A stretch of 64,000 nucleotides of DNA, from assembly GCA_965644265.1 (NCBI GenBank), contig OZ286460.1:49104001-49168000 (forward strand), given 5' to 3'. The DNA comes from Glycera tridactyla (taxonomy: Eukaryota). Under the pieces are notes generated by a model. That model was not told the origin of the DNA and did no database searches. It was given only the letters and a program-made list of their open reading frames with translations. Below are positions 10,666-20,104 of this stretch, piece after piece (the stretch's first letter is position 1; the number at the start of each line of letters is the position of its first letter). The translations under genes and the position numbers were made by a program.

Positions 10666-12000
10666 TCATGATCGGTTAGGCTTGAATACTCTTCTCAAAA
10701 TGCCGTCCTCATCTAACATCCAGTTATCTATATCTGCTGGCAGAGCTTTGGCTTTTCTTTTAGAAGTAGGTAGAGATTGATCTAAAAGATATTGCATAAT
10801 GCTACGGAAATGAGGATCAGCTAGTTGCTCGTCTTTGAGTTCAAAACGATGTTCCATACATGAGAGAAATATATTTTCCTCATTTTCAAAGGTGAACTCT
10901 TTCTCAGTGTTAGTGTGCAACAAGTTGATTGGAGTAGGTGGTTGTTGAAAGCTTTGTGAGGAAGCAATTTGTGATTGTGGAGTGTGAGTAGTGAACCCAG
11001 GATTTTCCACATTTTGACTTTCCTCTGAAATAGCTCCCACCACAGGGGCGATCTTGCAATATCTACTCTTAACTGTCAAGTTATCAATAGTGTACAATAG
11101 GTTGTCTATCCAAGGGTCATTAGGTGGCTTTCTAGTGATAGCAGTGTCATCATCATTCATAGCTTCATACAAAATACAAAGAATGCCATTGTCATCATCA
11201 TCAAACTCAAAAATGCTTTGCTGTGAATTTGGGGTGGTCTTTTCTACTTTGGGGCTTGGGAGTTTAATCCTGCTGAGGCAGTCAGCCACCTTGAGTTGGG
11301 CTCCTGGCTTGTGAACAATTTCAAAAGGAAATCTTTGCAAGTCAAGAGCCCACCTTACAATTTTGGGGTTAGAGGAACTCTTCAGCTGCTGCACATACCT
11401 TGTGGTCAGGTTGTCTGTGTAACAATAGATAGGAGGACTGCCAAAAAGGTGGCAGTTTTTGAGGAATGCCATGACCAAGCTGAATGTTTCTTTCTCATTT
11501 AGGTGCCATTTAACTTGGGCCCGACTGAGCATTTGAGAGAAGAAAGAAATAGGTCTGAGAGTCTCATTTTTGTCAAATTGAGAGATTGTGTGTGATATAC
11601 AATCCTTGGACGCATCTGTTGTGACAATGAAGGGTTGGTTCATATCTGGATGCGCCAGGACTGCATTTTTAAGAAGTTCATTCCTGATATCCTTGAGACT
11701 TTCTTCCATTTCCGAGGTCCATTTGAAGGCTGTCCCCTTTTTCATGGCTTTATATAATGGGGCTGCTATTTTGGAATACATGGGAATAAACCTTCGGTAA
11801 AAGTTGAGAAGTCCCAAGGCTCTTCTCAGTTCACCTACACTTGTTGGAGTTTGAAACTCTGTCATAGCTCGAACTTTGGAGAGGTCAGGAGATATACCTT
11901 CTTTACTGAGAATGAAACCCAGGAAACTGACTGATTCTTTGGCAAAAGTACACTTTTTAAGATTTAGAGTGAACCCAAAGAGATGGAGCTGTGTGAACAC
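10666..12000 (-). CDS. Gypsy RT C-terminal part + RNase H (frameshifted segment of pol)
   Basis: LNLKKCTFAKESVSFLGF, LRRALGLLNFYRRFI, FIVTTDAS, EKETFSL, YTDNLT, HKPGAQLKVADCLSR. Confidence 0.92.
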   Translation of the reverse strand: MFTQLHLFGFTLNLKKCTFAKESVSFLGFILSKEGISPDLSKVRAMTEFQTPTSVGELRRALGLLNFYRRFIPMYSKIAAPLYKAMKKGTAFKWTSEMEESLKDIRNELLKNAVLAHPDMNQPFIVTTDASKDCISHTISQFDKNETLRPISFFSQMLSRAQVKWHLNEKETFSLVMAFLKNCHLFGSPPIYCYTDNLTTRYVQQLKSSSNPKIVRWALDLQRFPFEIVHKPGAQLKVADCLSRIKLPSPKVEKTTPNSQQSIFEFDDDDNGILCILYEAMNDDDTAITRKPPNDPWIDNLLYTIDNLTVKSRYCKIAPVVGAISEESQNVENPGFTTHTPQSQIASSQSFQQPPTPINLLHTNTEKEFTFENEENIFLSCMEHRFELKDEQLADPHFRSIMQYLLDQSLPTSKRKAKALPADIDNWMLDEDGILRRVFKPNRS

Positions 12001-12024
12001 TGCTTGGAGATCATTTAAGTGTGA

Positions 12025-12615
12025 TTAGAAATCCTTCAAAACAACAATGAGATCATCCAGGAAATTGTAAATCGGTTTGTCTCCTAAAACATTGAGGGCA
12101 ATGGCCATAGCCCGAGAAAATGTAAATGAGGCTACGGCTAACCCAAAGGGCGATTCGCGCCATTGATAGGTGCCTCTACCAGTGTTGAAGGTGGTGGGTT
12201 GTCTGCTAGCAGGGTGTACTGTGAGCTGATAGTACCCCTGAGTAAGATCCATCACTGATAATATGGATGGCTTTGTTTCTGAAATGTTGTCTGCCAGTTG
12301 TTCAAATGTTGGCAGAGGATGAAATTCAGGTACAGTTTGTGAATTGAGCTTTCGATAGTCGCAGACAAGTCTATATCTAATAGGACTCTTGGGAGAAATG
12401 CCCTTTTTCCTGACTAGAAACACGGGGCAAGACCATGTGTTCTCAATGCTTGGTTCGATCACATGGTCTCTAAGTAGGTTCTCTATTTGGCGATCCATCT
12501 CTTTTTGTCCTTCCAAGTTCAGTCTATAAGGTCTTTGGCGGTGTGGTTTGGCATCTGGTAGCAATTTGATTTGATGCTGCACATGATTGACCGTGCGCAT
12601 CTCTTCAGTGTTCAC
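12025..12615 (-). CDS. Gypsy RT N-terminal/palm segment
   Basis: QRPYRL, WSCPVFLVRKK, RLVCDYRKLN, MDLTQGYYQL, PFGL, FLDDL. Confidence 0.92.
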   Translation of the reverse strand: MNTEEMRTVNHVQHQIKLLPDAKPHRQRPYRLNLEGQKEMDRQIENLLRDHVIEPSIENTWSCPVFLVRKKGISPKSPIRYRLVCDYRKLNSQTVPEFHPLPTFEQLADNISETKPSILSVMDLTQGYYQLTVHPASRQPTTFNTGRGTYQWRESPFGLAVASFTFSRAMAIALNVLGDKPIYNFLDDLIVVLKDF

Positions 12616-13135
12616 AACAAAGCAAGTTCAGTTTTTGTCTAATATGTGTATCAATTCTGGCTGTTGAGCCGGTGACAAATTTGAAAAATCAGCTATATCT
12701 GACCATACCAAATCTTCATAGACAATGTCCTCTGGTGGGGATTCTTCTACTACTGCATGTTCAGTGAATACCCAGTCATGCTCTAGAGAAGGTGAGATTG
12801 TGATATCTGTTTGAATAGAAGTGGTGACAGAGGTTGATTGTTGTTCCTTGACAACACCTGACACAAGTGATATGAGAAAAGGTTGGATCATGTGAATTGT
12901 ACCCCCGAATCAGTTCTTGGCGTCGTTGTTCTGAAATTCCATTAACTTCCATTATTTCTTCTGTGTCAAAAGGCTCACAGAAAGCTATAGTTGTTGAGCT
13001 ATCAATATGCATAAATTGATCAGAGTTATTGATTACTGTTACTTTGGTAGTATTGTCATGAAATAAAGTTTCAAGGTCGAATTCAGCAGCTATTTCAGAT
13101 TTGTGCCGAAATTGCGGTTTGACAAAAGTAATAAC

Positions 13136-13858
13136 TTATTGTCTGAGTTTATTGTCCCAGTTGGTTTCCATCAACCATTTTTCTTCATATTTATATGCTC
13201 TAATAGAATCAAAAGATCCTGGAGGAGCTCTTACTGGGACTTTGGCCATGGTTTCAGGCCGAATTTTCATAGAATCCACTGATTTTAATGGAAAACAATT
13301 TTGCCTTGTGTTATCTGGGTGTAATAAGGCAGCTACAAGGCCTTTTTGGAAAAGAATTGTAGAATTTGAAAAATCTAATTCTGCCTGGTTGTCTTTCAGG
13401 AAAGGTAGCCCTAAGAATATAGGCTTAGGCAAATTTTCAATGACATGGCATTGTAATACTGTATGAAAGTTATCTATCGAAATGGGGAAAGTGCAGGTAC
13501 CCAAGTTTGTCATCAATTCTCCAGAGGCATTTTTGAAAGAAGATGACACATCTTTGTGTAATGGTACATCATGTTTTGCCGAAATAGATGCAAATAAAGC
13601 AGCTGAGATACAATTTATAGATGCTCCTGTGTCAACTAAAGCATTATATTGTTCCTTATATGCTTTCACTTCTAAGATATTTCCCTCTAAATGTAAAAAA
13701 GGCAGTACTGCATTAACATTTTCAAGTTGAACTTTGGTTGTGTTATCAACTAATATAGGGCGACATCTCGAAAAATAGCATGACTGGGTGTTCACAGGAA
13801 CATATGGCAGTCGTTGTACAATACATTCATCAAGCACATAATCAAAACAGATAGACAA
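13136..13858 (-). CDS. Gypsy aspartic protease segment
   Basis: ALVDTGASINCIS active site and PIFLGLPFL motif. Confidence 0.9.
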   Translation of the reverse strand: MSICFDYVLDECIVQRLPYVPVNTQSCYFSRCRPILVDNTTKVQLENVNAVLPFLHLEGNILEVKAYKEQYNALVDTGASINCISAALFASISAKHDVPLHKDVSSSFKNASGELMTNLGTCTFPISIDNFHTVLQCHVIENLPKPIFLGLPFLKDNQAELDFSNSTILFQKGLVAALLHPDNTRQNCFPLKSVDSMKIRPETMAKVPVRAPPGSFDSIRAYKYEEKWLMETNWDNKLRQ

Positions 13859-15468
13859 GTGTTGGCTACTAACCGGGGATTCAAACTGTGTATACTTGTA
13901 ACCAGGATTCCAGAAATGATTAATGCAGCACAGCAGATGTGAGGTTCGTCTAGTTGGAGCTTGTTACCACCAGGTGACCAAAAGGTTGATTGAGATACTG
14001 CCCAATTTTGTGGCTGACTAATATAGGTGAGGGGTGGGTATGATGCCGTGGTCTGAGTTAAAGTACTGACAGATGTTGATTGAGCATATGCTGGTGTCAA
14101 TAGATGTCGCTCTATCAAAGGCTGAGTGTCTGTCACTGGCTTACTTAAGCCGGCGAGGTGAGGTGCAATCAACACTGACTCACTCAAGCCATCGTGATGA
14201 GGTGTAATCGATGCCGACGCCGACACCGTGTTATGACATGCAGGCATCCTTTGAACTTGAGTTGGGCTCAAGGAAGGGGCACTGTCAATTAGTGAGTTAT
14301 TGAAGCTGCTGTGGTGAGCTGGCGGTGGCGCCGATGCCGACACCATGTCATGACGGGCAGGTGTCGATTGAGTTTGCATCATGAAAGGGGGGTATTAATT
14401 AGCAGCTCACTTGAGCCGATGTCGTGAAAAGGCAGTGGCGCCGTCGATGGCGACACTGAGCTATTGTTTGTAATACCCTCTGATGTGAGGGAACTGAGTG
14501 GATTACCAGCATCCCAGGAGCGAGCATCGGCCAGTGGCTCAATTAAGCTGGTGATATCAGCATCAGTTGGTGCCGTGGCTGCCGCCACTACATTGTTTGT
14601 GACACTTTTTGATGTGAGTGCACTTATGAGATTACCCGCATCTGCTATGCTGCCGTACGTAGACAGTGATTGCGATGGCAACATTGAGCTATTGTTTGTG
14701 GCCCCTTCATTTGAAGTGATTGTGTTAACGCTATTACCTGTATACGTTGTAGTTTCATTGTACGGCGTCCTACTAGACAGAAACTGACAATTATCAACAT
14801 CACTAGATGTCGTGAAAAGGCAGTGGCGCCGTCGATGGCGACACTGAGCTATTGTTTGTAACACCCTCTGATGTGAGGGAACTGAGTGGATTACCAGCAT
14901 CCCGGGAGCAAGCATCGGCCAGTGGCTCAATTAAGCTGGTGATATCAGCATCAGTTGGTGCCGTGGCTGCCGCCACTACATTGTTTGTGACACTTTTTGA
15001 TGTGAGTGCACTTATGAGATTACCCGCATCTGCTATGCTGCCGTACGTAGACAGTGATTGCGATGGCAACATTGAGCTATTGTTTGTGGCCCCTTCATTT
15101 GAAGTGATTGTGTCAACGCTATTACCTGTATACGTTGTAGTTTCATTGTACGGCGTCCTACTAGACCGAAACTGACAATCATCAACATCACTGGAGTTTT
15201 TCAACCTGGTTAGTGATTGAAGCTTCAGAGAATCGAGAGCATTACAATGGGGAAATGTTTCAAAAATATGCGAATCATGGACATTATTCATGTGATTAAA
15301 CTTTAATACATCATCGTCAATATGGGCGCCATTTGTACATGTATCTACATTCTCATGAATAACACACTTCACCGACATAGCTGTACAAATATCATGACCA
15401 CTGTTTTGTGAACACAATTCAATATTTGAATTTTCCTGTAACCCATTCGAGAGATGAGGAGCTGCTTC
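13792..15468 (-). other. Long Ser/Thr/Pro-rich coding spacer between Gag and protease, in frame with Gag beyond its TAG stop
   Basis: The frame after the TAG at 15471-15469 continues EAAPHLSNGLQENSNIELCSQ... into ORF 14803-15417. Frames are later shifted by a 388-bp duplication and at a C6 run near 14390. Confidence 0.6.
14418..15193. repeat. 388-bp near-perfect tandem duplication
   Basis: gatgtcgtgaaaagg occurs at 14418 and 14806; tacggcgtcctactagac occurs at 14761 and 15149. Confidence 0.93.
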
Positions 15469-16821
15469 CTAGTTTCTTTTGAATTTTGGGCACGTAAGTG
15501 CGACATGGCCAGTTTGTTGACAAATTTGACAAATCGGAGCAAAAGCATTTGAATTTGTGTGACAATTTGATGCCATGTTGGGAAACATGTTTCCATGTGT
15601 GTTGTGAAGGTATTGCGACGAATTTTGATAACTGTTAGCTCCCGAATTTTGAAAGTTTACTCCCGAATTTTGAAAGTTTGCTCCCGAATTTCGAAAATTT
15701 GCTCCCGAATTCTGAAAGTTTGAAGCAGATCCTTGTTCTCGGATGCGTGTTCTGCACTTTGCAATGCGATGGCCCTTCTTGTTGCAGTAATAACATGAGC
15801 CTTCGAATTTTGATGTAGAGGAATCTGAATTTGACCCTTTGTTTTGCAAGGAAGAAGAAGATGTGTCTTTATCTTTTGTGTTGTCGGCAAATGAGACTCT
15901 CCTTTCTCTACTCCTTTCCCGGCTTGCTGAGCGGCTTCTGGGGTGATATCCTGTCGTTGTTGTTGACGATGATGATGATACCGATGCTACTAACGTGGAT
16001 TTCAATGTTTTGGTGAGTTCATCGATCGATGATTCCACTTTGGTTTGTCTGTCGAAGAGTGGTAACAGTTTTTCCGTGACTGCCAAAACAGTTTGATCGA
16101 TTGATGGTTGCATGAAACCGCTCGCATCTCCTGCAGCTATAGCAGCTTCTGTTATTTTGTCTATCGTATTTGCTCCCGATTGCCATACTACACTTTGAAC
16201 ATGTGGTAATAAGCCTGCGCAAATCAAGGCTATCAAATGTTTGTGTTGAGAGTTTGTTGGACGTTCATGTTGGGACAGAAGATGTGCTTCCCGGAAACTT
16301 TGTTCTACTTGCAAGATGAAATCCTTTGCTGATTCAGTGGTGCTTTGTTTCAATTTTGTCAGTTCCAATTGAGCAGTCTCTTGCTCCCTGGGTGATTTGC
16401 CGAATTGTTTGAGAAATGCACGGCAAAGTTCGAGTTCCGAATTCTTGACATCTTCATCTAATCCTGACGCCCACTTAGACACTATCATGTCTGAGATGTT
16501 TTTCTTGAACAATCGATAGATTTGATCTTCAGGTACATCCTCATCTTTACAGGCTTCTTCAAATAGTTGCCACCATGAGGCAGCATCATGTGTGTCTCGA
16601 GAGAAATGGGCGACCTTCACTTTTTTCTGCAATTTGTGTCTTGCCGAATCATTCTGCAAGTTGGCAGCACTGGTGTTCATTTGGGTCGCATTTGTTAAAG
16701 CTGCCAGGATTTGAGCTAACATAGCATTGTCAATAGCTGGCTGAGGTTGCTCACTTTGTTGATTTTGTTGATTGTCTGGCCTGTTGAATATTTTTCGAAC
16801 TTCTGGTGAAAAATCCACCAT
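15469..16821 (-). CDS. Gypsy Gag with two CCHC zinc knuckles separated by 7-aa repeats
   Basis: Capsid-like FSRDTHDAASWWQLFEE and QSTTESAKDFILQV; CYYCNKKGHRIAKC and CQICQQTGHVALTC; a 21-bp repeat encodes (GANFQNS)n at ~15640-15725. The true start codon is uncertain because the ATG overlaps the LTR/PBS junction. Confidence 0.9.
   Translation of the reverse strand: MVDFSPEVRKIFNRPDNQQNQQSEQPQPAIDNAMLAQILAALTNATQMNTSAANLQNDSARHKLQKKVKVAHFSRDTHDAASWWQLFEEACKDEDVPEDQIYRLFKKNISDMIVSKWASGLDEDVKNSELELCRAFLKQFGKSPREQETAQLELTKLKQSTTESAKDFILQVEQSFREAHLLSQHERPTNSQHKHLIALICAGLLPHVQSVVWQSGANTIDKITEAAIAAGDASGFMQPSIDQTVLAVTEKLLPLFDRQTKVESSIDELTKTLKSTLVASVSSSSSTTTTGYHPRSRSASRERSRERRVSFADNTKDKDTSSSSLQNKGSNSDSSTSKFEGSCYYCNKKGHRIAKCRTRIREQGSASNFQNSGANFRNSGANFQNSGVNFQNSGANSYQNSSQYLHNTHGNMFPNMASNCHTNSNAFAPICQICQQTGHVALTCPKFKRN
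16803..16820 (-). other. Primer-binding-site position (TGGTGGATTTTTCACCAG)
   Basis: TGG begins 2 nt after the 5' LTR end; only TGGTGGA resembles a tRNA 3'-end complement. Confidence 0.5.
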
Positions 16822-16822
16822 G

Positions 16823-17262
16823 TATGAGGTTGTATATTCCTACTTGCTGAGAGGTATTCCAAGCATAGAGGAGAGACGATTCCTTCCAGTCGAAACTTCT
16901 TTAATGAGACATGTACAACAATATGCAATGCCCCAGGACTGCGAGATGTAGAACTGTAGTAGAGATGTGCAGTGATGTCCAGCTGTAGATGAGCAGCAGC
17001 ATGCCACCCAAATCCCAAGTGAAGAAACTCCCCAAAATTGATCCTTTTATAACCCAAATCCCTTCCCGCTTCTCGCAGTCCCGAGAAATCCCGAAATTAA
17101 CAAAAATATCCCCACAAGTAACGATTTTACTCATTGGCTGAGTCAGTCAAGCCTAGAGTCGCGCTGCAGTCAAGCATGCCGCTCAATGTCAGTCTCCATG
17201 CTTGACTGCACAAACTCGCAGTTAGCCGAACAGAGAAGATGCTGGTAGCCCCCGACCTGACA
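16823..17262 (-). repeat. Gypsy 5' LTR
   Basis: Paired with 3962-4401. It retains TATAAAA (17051-17045) and ATTAAA (16905-16900) on the minus strand; the TATA motif is mutated in the 3' LTR. Confidence 0.92.
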
Positions 17263-17535
17263 TATGTATGTAAATATGTTTATATAGATACGTTTATGAA
17301 TCAGGTGCAATTATCACGTAATATATCAAACTGAATACTACACAGTGTCAACTTGTGAATGATTATTCGTGTTCGCATCAGCATTTGATACAACTCTGTT
17401 TAGTGAGAAGAACTATATGAAACATATCGAACTGGATCATGCACTCAACTAAAACAGACCAGAGACTCGCAAAATGCAACGGGGGGCATCCAAGAACAGT
17501 GTGGAATGGGCGACAGTGTGAAATGGTTGAGTAGA

Positions 17536-17754
17536 CCCCCCCCCCCCAGGTTTGTTTAACTAACCTGGGGATCTATACTTACCATTTCTCCCTCAAATTT
17601 AGCATTCCCCAGGCTGATAGGCCTACGTGCAAACATTATAACAATAAAAATTCCATTTAGGGGCCCTCCCGGACGCCTATAGTTCCGCTAGGTGTCAGAC
17701 GGGACTGTTGTCGTTGTCCCTTGACAACCGCTGTGTTTCTGTGTATTTTTCAAC
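17536..17754 (-). repeat. DIRS 3' inverted terminal repeat with terminal extension
   Basis: Reverse complement of 30244-30417 over ~175 bp, plus an extension ending in a C12 run on the plus strand. Confidence 0.92.
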
Positions 17755-17801
17755 GAGCTTCTATATAGCTCTACAGCAGGGACAGACGGGAGGGACCATC
17801 C

Positions 17802-17899
17802 AATTTGAGGGAGAAATGGTAAGCATAGATCCCCAGATTAGTTAAACAAACCTGGGGGGGGGGATCTATCTGTACCATTTCTCCCTCAAATTTAGCATT
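17802..17899. repeat. DIRS internal complementary region (ICR)
   Basis: The first half is the reverse complement of the left terminus (17536-17599) and the second half is the reverse complement of the right terminus (30392-30429). The halves join through G10 at 17854-17863. Confidence 0.93.
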
Positions 17900-18061
17900 G
17901 AATCCGACATGGATGGTGGGTGTAGAGTAATCTCTGGACTCTGTGTCTCTTGGGTATAATACCTCAAATTGGGTAAATAAAAACCAACGACCCCGAGTAT
18001 TATGCTTTCCCACAAGACTATTGCTATGTACAATTGATTATACTGAAACTATATACAGTAT

Positions 18062-19552
18062 TCACTCTTGTGGATTGACCACTGATTGTGCTACCACAAT
18101 GGGTCCCAGGGAATATAAATCTGGTGCTTGCCCGCACATGTCGCGCAAGTAAAAATTTGCAAAGGTATTCCCTGAATGCCAGAATGCAGCTCTCATCAAT
18201 TCATCGACTGAACATGCTTGATTGAGGGACTTCCAGGACGAAGCAATCGCCCTCACCTCATGAGCTGATACTGAATCTGGCAATTCGTCAGATTTGTCCA
18301 ATGCCTCGTATGACATTCTGACAACTTGCTGGATCCAAGCCGAAACACGATCCACTCTGATTTCACTACGTGCCGCCCTGCTGGGAGGAATAAACAACCG
18401 TGTTCTTCCAGCTCTAAAATTGGCCACACGCTCCAAATATGTATACAAAGCCCTTACTGGGCAAAGAGACATATCCAATTGTGCTCCCACTGGAGCTTCC
18501 TGATCTAAAGCAGGAATCACGACTTCTGGGCTCTTCTCTGAGGGTCTCTGATTTTTAGCCAAAAATCCAGGAACAGAGAAAATCCTAACACTTGATTTGT
18601 CTGCTGCAAACCTCACAGCATTTGGAGCCCCAGAAAAAGCATGAACTTCGCTACGGCGTCTGCCCAAGGCCAGTGTCAATAAAAAACAGACCTTCCTTGT
18701 CGAATTAAGGATACCACAATCTTTCAGAGGTTCGAAAGGAATTCCTTTCAAAAACCTCAAAACCACTGAAAGCTCCCACTGAGGGACAGGTCTCTGTGAC
18801 ACAGGCCTCTTGAGCTCTAGGTTATTCTGCAAAGATTTTAGATCTCTTCCATTCAAAACTGTACAATTTGTGTGGATAAAAACTGATTGTAAGGCATTAC
18901 GATACCCTTTCACTGTAGCTGGTTGCAACCCAGATTCAAACAGTTCTATGAAGAAGTTGGCCACTTCTGGTGCAGAGGGGTTCTTATAATCCACCCTGTG
19001 TCTCCTGCACCAGAAGAACCACTTCTTCCATCTGCTATTATAGATAGATGCGGAAGAGTCTCTGACTGCCCTAGCGATCTGCTCGATCGCCTTTGCAGAA
19101 TAACCTTTGCCCGAGAGGGCTTCCCGGACAGACACCAAGCGGTCAGCCCCATCAATTGAGGACGAAAATGAGACACCCTCTCCCTCCCCACCACTTGTGT
19201 CATTAATGAGTTGGAAATCGGCAGTTCCAATGGCTGGTCGATCGACAGCTCCAAGAGGTCTGGGAACCACGACTGATTGGGCCACCAAGGGGCTATGCAT
19301 ATCAGTGTGATTCCCAGACCCCTCAGCTTGCTGATCACTTCTTTCAACATTGCTGTCGGAGGATAAACATATCCTATTCCGAACTTGCTCCAATCGACCG
19401 ACATTGCGTCTGTTGCCCAAGATCTGGGTTCTGGGTAGGGACATATGAACAGTTGAACTTTCGTATTCGAGGGTGTTGCCACGGGATCTATCATGGGAGA
19501 AAGTCTGTACTTGGTTACTATTACATTGAAGACCTCCTGGTCTAATTCCCAT
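18062..19552 (-). CDS. DIRS tyrosine recombinase (ORF3)
   Basis: LGRRRSEVHA, LCPVRALYTY, SAHEVRAIASSW, AAFWHSGNTFANFYL (R, H-x-x-R, W, Y catalytic set). Confidence 0.93.
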   Translation of the reverse strand: MGIRPGGLQCNSNQVQTFSHDRSRGNTLEYESSTVHMSLPRTQILGNRRNVGRLEQVRNRICLSSDSNVERSDQQAEGSGNHTDMHSPLVAQSVVVPRPLGAVDRPAIGTADFQLINDTSGGEGEGVSFSSSIDGADRLVSVREALSGKGYSAKAIEQIARAVRDSSASIYNSRWKKWFFWCRRHRVDYKNPSAPEVANFFIELFESGLQPATVKGYRNALQSVFIHTNCTVLNGRDLKSLQNNLELKRPVSQRPVPQWELSVVLRFLKGIPFEPLKDCGILNSTRKVCFLLTLALGRRRSEVHAFSGAPNAVRFAADKSSVRIFSVPGFLAKNQRPSEKSPEVVIPALDQEAPVGAQLDMSLCPVRALYTYLERVANFRAGRTRLFIPPSRAARSEIRVDRVSAWIQQVVRMSYEALDKSDELPDSVSAHEVRAIASSWKSLNQACSVDELMRAAFWHSGNTFANFYLRDMCGQAPDLYSLGPIVVAQSVVNPQE

Positions 19553-19674
19553 TCAGTTTGAATCGGTTTTGCCCGAGATAGGGCATCTGCTACCACATTC
19601 CGTTTCCCTGGAATGTGGCGCACCAGAATGAAAAGATTCAGACTCTCTGCAAGCATAAAGATCTGCCACGCCAC
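18946..19674 (-). CDS. DIRS RNase H C-terminus + adenine-methyltransferase-like domain
   Basis: HIPGKRNVVADALSR followed by MIDPVATPSNTKV...DAMSVDW...YVYPP...IAPWWPNQSWFP. Confidence 0.85.
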   Translation of the reverse strand: MAWQIFMLAESLNLFILVRHIPGKRNVVADALSRAKPIQTEWELDQEVFNVIVTKYRLSPMIDPVATPSNTKVQLFICPYPEPRSWATDAMSVDWSKFGIGYVYPPTAMLKEVISKLRGLGITLICIAPWWPNQSWFPDLLELSIDQPLELPISNSLMTQVVGRERVSHFRPQLMGLTAWCLSGKPSRAKVILQRRSSRSLGQSETLPHLSIIADGRSGSSGAGDTGWIIRTPLHQKWPTSS

Positions 19675-20098
19675 CGCACATCAGAGATGAATGGGTACCC
19701 CCCTGCTTGGCTAGGTAAGACACAGTCGTGGTGTTATCCGAGAGGACCGGCACTACCTGGTCTTGAAGGGAGGACGCAAACTCTGTCAATGCTCTCAGAA
19801 CTGTTTCCAATTCTAAAGCATTGATGGACCTCCCTCCGTGTGACACTGGCCATTCTCCTGCACACAATCTGCGGCTGTCTCCTATTGTTAGATATGCTCC
19901 CCAGCCCCGCAGAGAGGCATCCGTCATCAGAGTTGTTGAGGCCTGACGTGGCCTCAGAGGAATACCTACATGTACATTGGTCTCTTTCTGCCACCATTTC
20001 AGACTGTTTAAAATTTCTTCTGGAATGGTCAGAAGGGCTTCCAGATGATCGGAGAATGGTCTCCATTTTGAAAGGAGATAAATCTGGAGAGGCCTCAT
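19553..20098 (-). CDS. DIRS RT connection + RNase H N-terminal segment (frameshifted)
   Basis: LMTDASLRGWGA, INALELETV, LSDNTTTVSYLAKQGGT. Confidence 0.88.
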   Translation of the reverse strand: MRPLQIYLLSKWRPFSDHLEALLTIPEEILNSLKWWQKETNVHVGIPLRPRQASTTLMTDASLRGWGAYLTIGDSRRLCAGEWPVSHGGRSINALELETVLRALTEFASSLQDQVVPVLSDNTTTVSYLAKQGGTHSSLMCGGVADLYACRESESFHSGAPHSRETECGSRCPISGKTDSN

Positions 20099-20104
20099 GT
20101 GTAA

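Larger units (their letters stand above)
3962..17262 (-). mobile_element. Ty3/Gypsy LTR retrotransposon, full-length provirus, inactivated by frameshifts and carrying a nested LINE
   Basis: Two 440-bp direct repeats (3962-4401, 16823-17262) with TG...CA ends, TATG on both flanks (3958-3961, 17263-17266), and gag-PR-RT-RH-IN domain order on the minus strand. Confidence 0.93.
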
